The notes under the pieces: model-generated
What the model was told of the DNA's origin: nothing
Seen by the model: the letters and a program-made list of their open reading frames with translations, nothing else
The model's database searches: none
Part shown: piece by piece, positions 54,030 through 64,000 of the stretch
Numbering within the stretch: the first letter of the stretch is position 1
How the letters are laid out: each line of letters begins with the position of its first letter
Assembly: GCF_004010195.1 (NCBI RefSeq)
Contig: NC_057719.1
Location: forward strand, 33,644,767 to 33,708,766
Length of the DNA: 64,000 nt
Source of the DNA: Chiloscyllium plagiosum
Taxonomy: Eukaryota
Reading direction: 5' to 3'
Made by a program: the position numbers and the translations under genes

Positions 54030-54490
54030 TCCATCATTACCATCAAGCCAGCGGTCAACACTGACTCAATGAATAGTACAATACAGCATGCCAGGAGCAG
54101 CACCAGATATACCTAAAAATGAGGCGATAACTTGGTGAAGCCCACAAGTAGTGTCAAACCTCATAAATGGCAAGTGATAGACAGAGTTAAGCAGTTGCAC
54201 AAGCAATGGATCAGATGTGAATGGTGGCAAATAATTTAATAACTCATTGAAGGAGGAGGCTCCACAAATGTTCTCATCCTCCATGGTAGAGGAACTCAGC
54301 ACTTTCCTGTAAAGGATAAGGCTGAAGTATTTGCAACAGTTTTCAGCCAGAAATATTGAATTGATGATCCATCCCAGCCTCTTCTAGAGGTCCCATCATC
54401 ACGGGTTCCAGTCTTCAGTCAATTCAATTAATTCTGTATGATATCATAAAATGGCTGAAGGCACTCAGTACTAAAAAGATGATGGACCTC
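54030..54490 (+). mobile_element. internal fragment of the second LINE family
   Basis: Reverse-complement homology to 58660-58900 (KDKAEVFATVFSQK). Confidence 0.65.
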
Positions 54491-55198
54491 AACAAGATAC
54501 ATATTATTACATTTCTATAACATAGCTTTACATTGTTCTTGGCTTTAATTTCCCAGGTCTGCGCAGTGAAATGTCTAAAATTCTAGAGTACTGCAGCAGA
54601 ACAATTGAAACATTTGATAATTGTGACCCAGCAAAGTCTTCAAAATGTTCGGAAATGGGTAGCTAAACATCATATATCAAAAACTTACTTTTTATATCAA
54701 AAAATCTTCAAAGCACATCAATATGAGTAACAAACCTTGTTTTACAAATGAGAAGACAGCTCTTTATTTATGAATATATTTTAAGCATATTCTTATGCCT
54801 AACCTGATAGTCAAGTGTTAATTATTTAGATTCATAATTTGACCAGTTTTGAATAGAAATTATATGTCTAGCAAATAGCAAGGTACAATACATGCCATGG
54901 GTGCAAATAACCTAATTTTCAACTTCATTGCATTCTGTTGAGTATCTCTGACTGAAAGTACTGTTTATCCAAAATAGCTTTGATATTCAATTCATCAGAT
55001 TCAAGCTGAGATTTCCTAGGGGAAATTAATGTACAAAATGGCAGTATTAATCCAAATTTTCATTTAGTTGCCACAATAGCATTTTGCTTAAAAGATTTTA
55101 CATCTTGCATTGTAAACAAGATCAGTTTTTTTTTCAGTTATCTTCAAATGATTTAAATTTGAAGAAAAAGTTCCAAAAAAAAGCTGACCTTTTAATTT

Positions 55199-55768
55199 TA
55201 GAAGGACAATATGAGTTTGATCATATCTGTTATTCTGAGGAGCACAATCACAATCTGCACCTTTTTGAATGTCTCAATAGCTGCAAGAACAGATGATTGC
55301 TGGTGTGCTGCTTTGCAATTATTTCATTAGTATTATTCTTAATCCAGATAACTATATTTCATTAAGTGAATAACGTCAATCGTTAATTTAATTATTTTTG
55401 CCTCATTTCTTCATTTTTAACTTTTGTTCTCTGAATTCTGACTGTATTTTACTTCTAATTAATCTCTGTGGTGTAACACTTTATAAATAACATTGATTGA
55501 AGTTCTGAAATATGGATTTGATTGAGATACTTTAAAGTAAAAAATATAATAACAATTCTATGATAGATTCTCGATTCTTGAAAGCTGCATTTACCTCTTG
55601 CATCTCCCTGAATTATAATAAGTTTATTTTTACAGGATTGCAATGTATTTTTCCTTATACTTAGCATGAAACTAAACAATCTCATTAACTGATGTGAATG
55701 AATTATTGTGATCACAATTAATCATGTGTTCACATTACAAGAATTCTCTTGCAATTGACAGCAGATGT
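55199..55768 (+). repeat. ~570-bp segment, presumed source copy of a local duplication
   Basis: Colinear with 57090-57653, roughly 90% identical by eye. Confidence 0.92.
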
Positions 55769-56216
55769 TATTCATGTAAACTGTTTTCACACCTATGCCT
55801 TGATGTCTTTGCAAGCTTTACAGCAAATTGCAGAAGTGCATTGAACCGTTAATTTATTTCCTCTTTCACTTTCCTTCCTCACAGCCACCCTTTGCCCTGG
55901 ACATTTTCATGCAACTGCAATGGATACAATACCGACTCATTCTCATATCTTTTTCCAGAAGGATAAATACTTAGCTTCTTCAGGTTAAAAACACTGCTCC
56001 ACTGCTCACAGCAGAATGTCTTTTTTTACTGGGAAGGAACAAGCACCAATTCAGGGATTTTCCTGTTTCTCTTGTCATATGATGGCCCTGAGCTCCCTGG
56101 GGTCTAAAACTTCAGTTTGCTGTATCACCCCTCCCAACATGCCAGTCAGTCTGAACTGTCAAGCTTCAGGGTTCCAACCCTACACAAAGCAATATTTTAG
56201 AAATTAAGGAATTTGA

Positions 56217-57089
56217 TTTTTTTTATTCACTCATGATATGTGGAAAGTGCTGACTGGCCTGAGTTGCCCTTGAGAAGGTGATGGTGAGTTGCCTTCTTGA
56301 ATCACTGCAGGTGGTGGTGTTCCCATGTATCTGCTTCCCTTGACCTACTAGATGGAAGTAGTTGTGGGTTTGAAGGTGCTCTCTAAGGATCTTCGATGAA
56401 TTTGTGCAAGTGCTTATTGCAGATAGAACATACTGCTGCTACCGGCCATTGATGGTAGAGGTATTGGATTTTTGCAGATGTGGTGCCAATCAAGTGGGCT
56501 GCTTTGTCCTGGATGGTATCAAGCTTCTTCAGTGTTGTTGGAGTTGGACCATTCAGGCAAGTGGACAGTATTTCATCACACTCCTGACTTGTGCCTTGTA
56601 GATGGTGGACAGGCTTTGGGAAGTCCAGAGGTGAATTACTCAGAATTACCACAGCCTATGACATGCTTTTGTAGCTACTATGTTTATGTGGCCAGTCCTG
56701 TTGAGTGAGAGTAACACTATAGAATGACAAGAGCCACTGATTAGATAGACTCTAATTGGAGATGATCATTGCCTGGCATTTGTGTGGCATAAATATTAGT
56801 TGTCACTTGTCAGCCCAAGCCTGGATATTGTCCAGATCTTGTTGCATTTGAAGATAGACTGTTTCAGTATCGATGGAGTCACTGAACCGTGTGCAATCAT
56901 TGGCGAACGTCCCCACTTCTAATTTTATGATGGAGGGAAGGTCATTAATGAAGTAACTGAAGATGTTTGGGCCTAGGACACTACCTGAGGAACTCCAATG
57001 TCCTAGAGCTGAGATGACCGACCTCCAACAACTACAACCAACTTCCTATGTGCCAGGAACTCTCCAACCAGCAGAGAGTTTGCCCCTGA
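56217..57089 (-). mobile_element. second LINE family, 3' part
   Basis: Homologous to 20028-20850; LKKLDTIQDKAAHLIG. Confidence 0.85.
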
Positions 57090-57653
57090 TAGAAGAACAA
57101 TATGAGCTTGATCATATCTGTTATTCTGAGGAGCACAATCACAGTCTTCACCTTTTCAAATGTCTCAACAGCAGCAAGAACAGATGATTGCTGGTGTGCT
57201 GCTTTGCAATTATTTCATTAGTATTATTCTTGATCCAGATAACTGTATTTCATTAAGTGAATAACTTCAATTGATAATTTAATTATTTTTGCCTCATTTC
57301 TTCATTTTTGCCTTTTGTTCCATGAATTCTGACAGTATTTTATTTCTAATTAATCTCTGTGGTGTAATACTTTATAAATAACATTGATTGAAGTTCTGAA
57401 TTATGGATTTGATTGAGATATTTTAGTCTAAAATATAACAATTGTATGATAGATTCTCAATTTTTGCAAGCTGTATGTACCTCTTGCATTTCACTGAATC
57501 ATATGTCTGTTTTTATAAGATTGCAATGTCTTTTTCCTTATAATTAGCATGAAACTAAAGACTCTCATTAACTAATGTTGAATGAATTTATTGAGATCAC
57601 AATTAATCATGTGTTCACATTACAATAATTCTCGTGCAATTGACAGCAGATGT
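57090..57653 (+). repeat. ~565-bp duplicate of 55199-55768 lying inside a LINE
   Basis: Direct sequence match, flanked by LINE sequence on both sides. Confidence 0.92.
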
Positions 57654-57756
57654 GTCAAGTGGATGATCCATCTCAGTCTCCTCCAGTGATCCTCAGCATT
57701 CCAGTCTTCAGCCAATTTAATTCACTCAACGTGGTATCAAGAAATGGTTGAAGGCA

Positions 57757-58250
57757 GGTGAGAGGGTAATGATTTAAAAGGGACCTGAAGGGCAACTTTT
57801 TCACACAGAAATTGGTGTTTTTGTGGAACGAATTACCAGAGAAAATGGTAGAGGTGAGTACAGTTACAAGATGTAAAAGATATTTTGACAGGTACATGGA
57901 TAGGAAAGATTTAGAGGGATATGCTGAAAATGTGTTGCTGGAAAAGCGCAGCAGGTCAGGCAGCATCCAAGGAATAGGAGAATCGACGTTTCGGGCATAA
58001 GCCCTTCTTCAGCCCTTCTTCGGGCTTATGCCCGAAATGTCAATTCTCCTGTTCCTTGGATGCTGACTGACCTGCTGCGCTTTTCCAGCAACACATTTTC
58101 AGCTCTGATCTACAGCATCTGCAGTCCTCACTTTCTCCTAGAGGGATATGCGCCAAACACAGGCAAATGGGACTAGTTCAGTTTAGGAAAACTTCTCAGC
58201 ATGGACAAGTTGGACCAAAGGGCTGTTCTGAGCTGTGTACCTCTATAACA
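57757..58250 (+). mobile_element. CR1 3' end fragment hosting a PLE hairpin
   Basis: ggtgagagggtaatgatttaaaagggacctgaagggcaactttttcacacaga through the tail gctgtgtacctctata. Confidence 0.85.
57925..58138. mobile_element. Penelope-derived pLTR hairpin (family 1c) with hammerhead motif
   Basis: Inverted arms; intact core on minus at 57985-58012; 13-bp TSD tagagggatatgc at 57912-57924 and 58139-58151. Confidence 0.92.
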
Positions 58251-58259
58251 TCATGAAAG

Positions 58260-59010
58260 AGGCCTTGATGTCAAGAGCTATCACTTTCACTTCATCTCTG
58301 GAATTCAGCTCTTTTATCCATGTTTGAACCAAGGTTGTAATCAGGTCAAAATTGAGTGGCCCTGGTGGAACCCAAACTGGGTGTCAGTGAGCAGGTTATT
58401 ACTGAGCAGGTGCTACTTGATAACACTGTTGATGACACCTTCTGTCACTTGACCGGTGATCAGATGGGGTAGTAAATGGCTGCATTGGATTTGTTCTGTT
58501 TTTTATGTACAGGACATACCTGGGCAATTTTCCACATTGTTGGGTAAATGCCAGTGTTGAAACTGTATTAGAACAGCTTGACTAGGAGTACAGCAAGTTT
58601 TGGAGCACAAGTCTTCAATACTATTGCCAGAATGTTGTCAGGCCTCATTGTTGTTGCAGCATACAGTACCTCCAACTGTTTCTTGATGTTATGTTGAGTG
58701 AATCGAATTGGCTGAAATATTTATAATGATGGGGACCAATGCAGGTGGCCAAGATAGATCATCCACTTGGCACTTCTGGTTGCAGATTTTTGCAATTGCT
58801 TCTGCTTTATCTTTTTCATTGATGTGCTGGGCTCTTCCATCATTGGTGATGGGATATTTGTGGAGCTTCCTCCTCAAGTGAGTTTAATTGTCCACCACCA
58901 TTCCTGACTGGATGCAGAGCTTAGAACTGATCCTTTGTTTGTGGGATTGCTTAGGTCTGTCTATCACCTGCTGCTCGTGCTGTTTGGCATGCAAGTAGTC
59001 TTCTACAGGT
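58260..59010 (-). mobile_element. second LINE family, upstream continuation of 56217-57089
   Basis: Minus-strand RT N-terminal motifs (ALDIKA at ~58262-58280; EKDKAEAIAKICNQKCQVDD). Confidence 0.75.
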
Positions 59011-59289
59011 AGACACATCATTTTCAGTTCCCAGGTTTCTGCTGCTGAGTCAACTTAGAAAACTTGAAACTGTATTGGCCATGATTTTCCGTTCTTTGTG
59101 AACTTAGAAGTTAATCCTGGTAATTCTTTCTCTGGACGCTCTGCAGCTCTCTACACTAAATGACTGTGGATTTTGGAATACTGTGGTGTGTTCAAGCACA
59201 TTTAGAGGGATAAGGAGTAAATCTTTCATCAGGTTTTCATAGTTGTCAGGCACCCAGGCAGAAATTGTTTTGTGATGGTGGGATTTTTA

Positions 59290-59915
59290 AACAATCTTTT
59301 GTGGAGGGTTGGCATCGCTGGCTGGGCAGTATTCTTTGCCTGTCGCTAGCTGCCCTTGAGAAGGTAGTGGTGAGCTGCCTTCTTGAACCACTGCAGTTCA
59401 TGTGCTGGAGGTAGACATACATTGTGATTAGGGAAATAATTCTAGGATTTTGATCCAACAGTAGTGAAGGAACGACAATATATTTCAGTATTAGGATGGT
59501 GAGTGGCTTGCAGGTGTGGTGTTCCCATATATATGGTGTTCCCAGCTACCCTTGTCCTTTTAAAAGGAAGTGGTTTGGAAGGTGTTGTCCAAGGATGTTT
59601 GGCAGATTTCTTCAGTGCACCTTGTACATAGTACACACTGCTGCTACTGAGTGTTAGTGGTGGTGGGAGTAGATAATTGTGGAAGTAGTGCTAATCAAGC
59701 AGGCTGCCTTGTCTTGGATGGTGTCAAGCTTTTTGAGTATTTTTGCACTCATCCAGGCAAGTGGAAAGTATTCCTTCACATTCCTAACTTGTACCTTGTA
59801 GGCTTTAGGATGTCAAGAGGTGAGCTACTCACACAATATTCCTAGTCTCTAACCTGCTCTTGTACCCACACTATTTATATGACGAGTCCAGTTATTTGTC
59901 GTCAATGGCAACCAG
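59290..59915 (-). mobile_element. second LINE family, another 3' fragment
   Basis: Homologous to 20040-20610. Confidence 0.8.
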
Positions 59916-60439
59916 AAATTGCTGTTTTCAGTGTTTGTTAAAAAATGCTAGTAATTGTTTTTGTGTGACGCTATCAATAATAAGGTGGCTTCCTGTGAGA
60001 GCCATATCATGAGATGTATTCTCTATCATTATGGTAATGAATCCACCTATAACATCAAATTAATTATCAGCAACAGTGTTTATGCAAACATCTTCAATAT
60101 TGTATCACTGAAAGCTCTTATCTGTTTGATCTGCCTGGTAGGTTTCATAACTAGTTAGTGCCCTCTGTGCAATTAGAAAGGAAAGGAAAAATCTGAAAAT
60201 AAGACAGAAAAGCTAAAAATATACTAATTAAGAATTTGTAACGATTAAAGTGGACTTAGTGTCCTGAGGAGAATGCTTTATCAGAACAGTAAAGCAAAGA
60301 GCTCTGCAGCTATTGTTAAGATTGGTTAAAAGAGATTTGCAAACATTTAGTTCATGGTTTTGGGTAGCCTGCATAACAGAAAGCCAAAGTCAGGAAGTGA
60401 CAGATAAAGGAATGAAAGATCGTCAAATTTAATAAAAAC

Positions 60440-60612
60440 CAAAGAAGAGCTCAGGGAACATTGCTTCAGATGGAGGCATCATGTTCCCTTCAGACAGACT
60501 CAGAGAATGCAATGGGAGCAGTGTAGTGGAGGTAAGTATTAGCAGTATAACCTCAAGAATCTGGATGCAGTACTCAAAGAATTCCAATGGCCTCACACAA
60601 GTGACCAAGGCC
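60440..60612 (+). mobile_element. degenerate Harbinger Myb/SANT-like ORF remnant
   Basis: Frameshifted MFPSDR...QWEQ/VVEVSISSITSRIWMQYSKNSNGLT, resembling W..VA..V.....RT..QCRKK.NDL. Confidence 0.45.
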
Positions 60613-61396
60613 AAGGAATATATTTTCAAATTCTGTCTGCTATAATTGCACTATTGGATTCGCAAACTGCTCCATTTACCACTACCTCTACTCACTGAGC
60701 AACAATCTCTATTAACCACTGCTCATGCTTCTCTCTTATAGCCTCACTTCATATTCACACACACAGTTATGCTGCAAGTTCGCACCTATATCTCACAGCT
60801 TGTACAACTGTTCAACTACCAAAGGAATAACTCCCAAACAGATTATACCACATTCACTCTCTCCCCCTATCTCCAGGACACATTGGTAATGACCAGAATC
60901 AACAGCTCATTGATGCATGTCCTCATGCAAGGAAAAATGCTCACCCACTTCTTCTGATTTAAAAGCTGTGGATGGAGTAAACAATAAACTTGGTCGTCCC
61001 ACCTTGCCTCACCAAAACCCCATCCTCAAGCATTTCACTTTTCAAATGTCGAAAAAAGAACTGTCACCTGGCTAAGCAATAATTCTGAAGCAAGGCAGAG
61101 GAGAAAGAAAAGATGCTTATGAAGAAAGACTGTCACTGAATCTCATATTCACAATCGCCAGCTCAGATATCAACACTGAATAATTTAGAACCTGGCCCTT
61201 CGATAGGATCTGCAGATAATGTGAATACTGGGCATTGGTAGCCTGCAATCAGGGAGAGAGGGCGGGGAGAAGGATAGTACAGCTCTCAGCTAGCCAGGTA
61301 ACAAAGTCAAATGGTGGTTCTGCTGTAGGCTACTCAGGTATAGACTTAGAGGTACATAAAAAGGCTGCTGGGTATAGGTATTGAAATGCTTGATGT

Positions 61397-61607
61397 CTTG
61401 ATGTGGAGGTGCCTGTGTTGGACTGGGGTGGACAAAGGTAGAAATCACACGACACCAGGTTATAGGCCAACAGATTTATTTGAAATCACAAACTTTCAGA
61501 GCTCTGCTGCTTTGTTACTTCACCTCATGAAGGAGCAGAACTCTGAAAGCTTGTGATTTCTAATAAACTTGTTAGACTATAACCTGGTGTCATGTGACTT
61601 TTGGCTT
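61397..61607. mobile_element. Penelope-like family 2 pLTR hairpin with decayed hammerhead
   Basis: Inverted arms (gacaccaggttata / tataacctggtgtc); core cac-ctcatga-a-ggag..ctct-gaaa-gc-tt-gtg at 61521-61555; 10-bp TSD tgcttgatgt at 61387-61396 and 61608-61617. Confidence 0.82.
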
Positions 61608-61809
61608 TGCTTGATGTATTGGCATGTCTGACAGAAACTCACAGTGACTGGCAAGAACCTTAAAGGACAAGCACAAAACTTTATGCACTTTGTTTACAGC
61701 ATAATATTGCATAATCTCATCCAAATTGGTTGCCAAACTTTCAAATGTGTTTAGGCTAGAATCATGGCTGCCATTCCAATAACTTGGAGCTTCTTACAGG
61801 TGTCCTGCC

Positions 61810-61947
61810 TGTATTCCTGATGAAGGGCTTTTGCCCGAAACGTCAATTTTATTGCTCCTCGGATGCTGCCTGAATTGCTGTGCTTTTCCAGCACCACTAA
61901 TTCAGAATCTGGTTTCGAGCATCTGCAGTCATTGTTTTTAACCTAGC
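61810..61947 (+). mobile_element. Penelope-derived solo pLTR (family 1a) with hammerhead motif
   Basis: Same ends as 4831-4968; intact core at 61817-61844; imperfect TSD tgtcc(t/a)gcc. Confidence 0.85.
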
Positions 61948-62263
61948 TGTCCAGCCCATCAGAGGGTTGCTAGGATTGCTGAGTCACCACTCCAGATGAT
62001 TGGCAGTTGCTGTAGGAAGTGCCTTTCTGCTGTCTTCCCTCAGATTTTCAGTGTGCATGGCCTTAACATTCCATCTAGGCCTGTGACCTTGTCTGTCACC
62101 CAGCGAGTCCTGACTCCTATCACCTATTTTGAGATGAAGCAAGAAAAATCCTGAGCAAAAATGCTTCCTAATGTCAGATATACAGGAGGTAATTCTACAC
62201 CATCTGTGGTCTCCTACTCTGAAAGACTGCAGCCTTCCATCAGGCATGCAGCAGCCTCTGGAG

Positions 62264-62565
62264 TAGATTAGATTACTTACATTGTGGAAACAGGCCCTTC
62301 GACAGTCCACACCACCCCGCCGAAGCGCAACCCACCCATACCCCTACATTTACCCCTTACCTAATACTACGGGCAATTTAGCATGGCCAATTCACCTGAC
62401 CTACACATCTTTGGACTGTGGGAGGAAACCGGAGCACCTGGAGGGTGCTCACGCAGACACGGGGAGAACATGCAAACTCCACACAGTCAGTCGCCTGAGG
62501 CGGGAATTGAACCCGGGTCTCTGGCGCTGTGAGGCAGTGCTAACCACTGTGCCACCATGCCGCCC
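62264..62565 (-). mobile_element. HE1-type V-SINE, young full-length copy
   Basis: tRNA head, V-domain and tail; CpGs retained. Confidence 0.92.
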
Positions 62566-62947
62566 ACAGTGTAACACTGTGTTGGAGCACCAGGACTTTT
62601 AAAGGCACTAAGAGCAAGTGAAAGGGTGATCAAGTTGATTTTTTTTAATAGAATAATCACCACTGTGATTTCTAAAGCTGGTTTAGGAATTTAGTTTCAT
62701 GGTGGTTTTTCTTTCAGTGTAGTGGTCAAGAGGGTTCTGGTACTTTTTTCAATCATCTAGGTTAGATGTGTTATGGCACACCTCTGGAGCAGATACCATT
62801 GAACCCAAACCTAAGTAGGGACACAACCACACCACCACAACAGCCCTGCATCAAGAGGATTCAATGATGGGTTGCAACAAAGTGTACATATTGTAATTGA
62901 TGATTGCAAAATTGGATTTGTCTGCACTAGAATGACACTTGGATGAA

Positions 62948-63757
62948 GGCCAAGAGTGTGGTGCTGGAAAAGCACAGCAGGCCAGGCAGCATCCGAGGAG
63001 CAGGAAAATCAATATTTTGGGCAAAAGCCCTTCATCAGGAAGGAGGTTGGTAGTCTCGGGCGTGGAGAGATAAATGGGAGGGGAGTAGGGCTGGGGGTCT
63101 GAGTGCAATAGGTGGATGACGGTGGCGGTAAAGGTGATAGGTCGTAGGAGAGGGTGGTGTGGATAGGTGGGAAGGAAGATGGGACAGGTCATGTGGACGG
63201 TGCTGAGCTGGAAGGTTGGAATTGGGGTAAGATGGGGGGAGGGGAAATGAAAAAATAGTGAAATCCACATTGATGCTTTGGGATTGGAGGGTCCCAAGGC
63301 AGAAGATGAGGCATTCTTCCTCTAGGCGTTGGTGGTAAGGGAGTGGTGATGGAGGAGGCCTATGTCCTTGGCAGAGTGGGGGGAGAGGGTGCGGTGTTAA
63401 AGTGTTCGGTCACGGGGTGGTGGGGTTGATTGATGTCCTGGAGATGTTTTCTGAAGCACGCTGCGAGTAGGCATCCTGTCTCCCCCAATGTAGAGGAGAT
63501 CACGTCAGTAGCAATGGATACAATAAATGATATGTGTTGAAGTGCGGGTGAAACTTTGATGGATGTGGAAGGCTCCTTTAGTGCATTGGACAGAGGTGAG
63601 GGGGGAGGTGTGAGTGCAGATTTTGCAATTCCTGTGGTGACAGGGGAAGGTGCCATGAGGGGAGGGTGGGTTGTTGGGGGGCGTGGACTTGATGAGGTAG
63701 TCACAGAGGGAACAGTCTTTATGGAAGGCGGATGGAGTAGGGATGGAAATATATCTC
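62948..63757 (-). mobile_element. 5'-truncated Penelope-like retroelement: GIY-YIG endonuclease remnant plus 3' pLTR
   Basis: GTFPCHHRNCKIC...IIYCIHC...LLYIG/ETG...FRKHL...HPVTEHFN; pLTR with decayed hammerhead at ~63011-63038; 15-bp TSD tgacacttggatgaa at 62933-62947 and 63758-63772. Confidence 0.9.
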
Positions 63758-64000
63758 TGACACTTGGATGAACCAATTGCACACTGCCCCGCTGGAAAAT
63801 TAGTTTCTTTTTTTCTGTTTCTTCCTCCTCCTTCACTTTCTCTTTCTGAGTTCATCAGAGCGTGTCTGTTGAGAATGAGGCTATACAGACTGGAGCAGGC
63901 CATGATGGACTATCATAGAGACAGGATGGCAGTGTTGCTCAAGTGTCTGAGTGGTCTACCAGATGATGTTTCTTGTTGCAGCTTGGCTCTCGTTATATGA

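Noticed and set aside
55201..55296. Short ORF EGQYEFDHICYSEEH... kept in both duplicate copies after an AG
   Set aside because: About 5 nonsynonymous versus 3 synonymous differences, compatible with neutral drift; no homology recognised

Overview
Repeat-rich, AT-rich vertebrate DNA, inferred to be from a cartilaginous fish (shark) because of its HE1-type V-SINEs and HER1/CR1-type LINEs. There is no intact multi-exon coding gene in the window. A CpG island at ~11.0-14.7 kb looks like the 5' end of an unidentified minus-strand gene, with candidate alternative first exons and an 89-nt second exon; the rest of that gene would lie left of position 1. The remainder is mostly TEs: CR1 LINEs (one long copy with an SGNH-esterase ORF1, broken by a 500-N gap), a second L2/CR1-like LINE, L2, Rex1/Babar, SINEs and Harbinger remnants. 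The most striking pattern is a set of at least nine Penelope-like (PLE) insertions carrying minimal hammerhead-ribozyme motifs (CUGANGA-A-stemII-GAAA-NN-UH). Five are short head-to-head hairpins with 10-14 bp target-site duplications (TSDs), and a GIY-YIG-encoding copy at 62.9-63.8 kb links them to PLEs. There is also a complex templated insertion that duplicates ~570 bp of nearby unique DNA. All calls were made by eye, and boundaries of old repeats are approximate.
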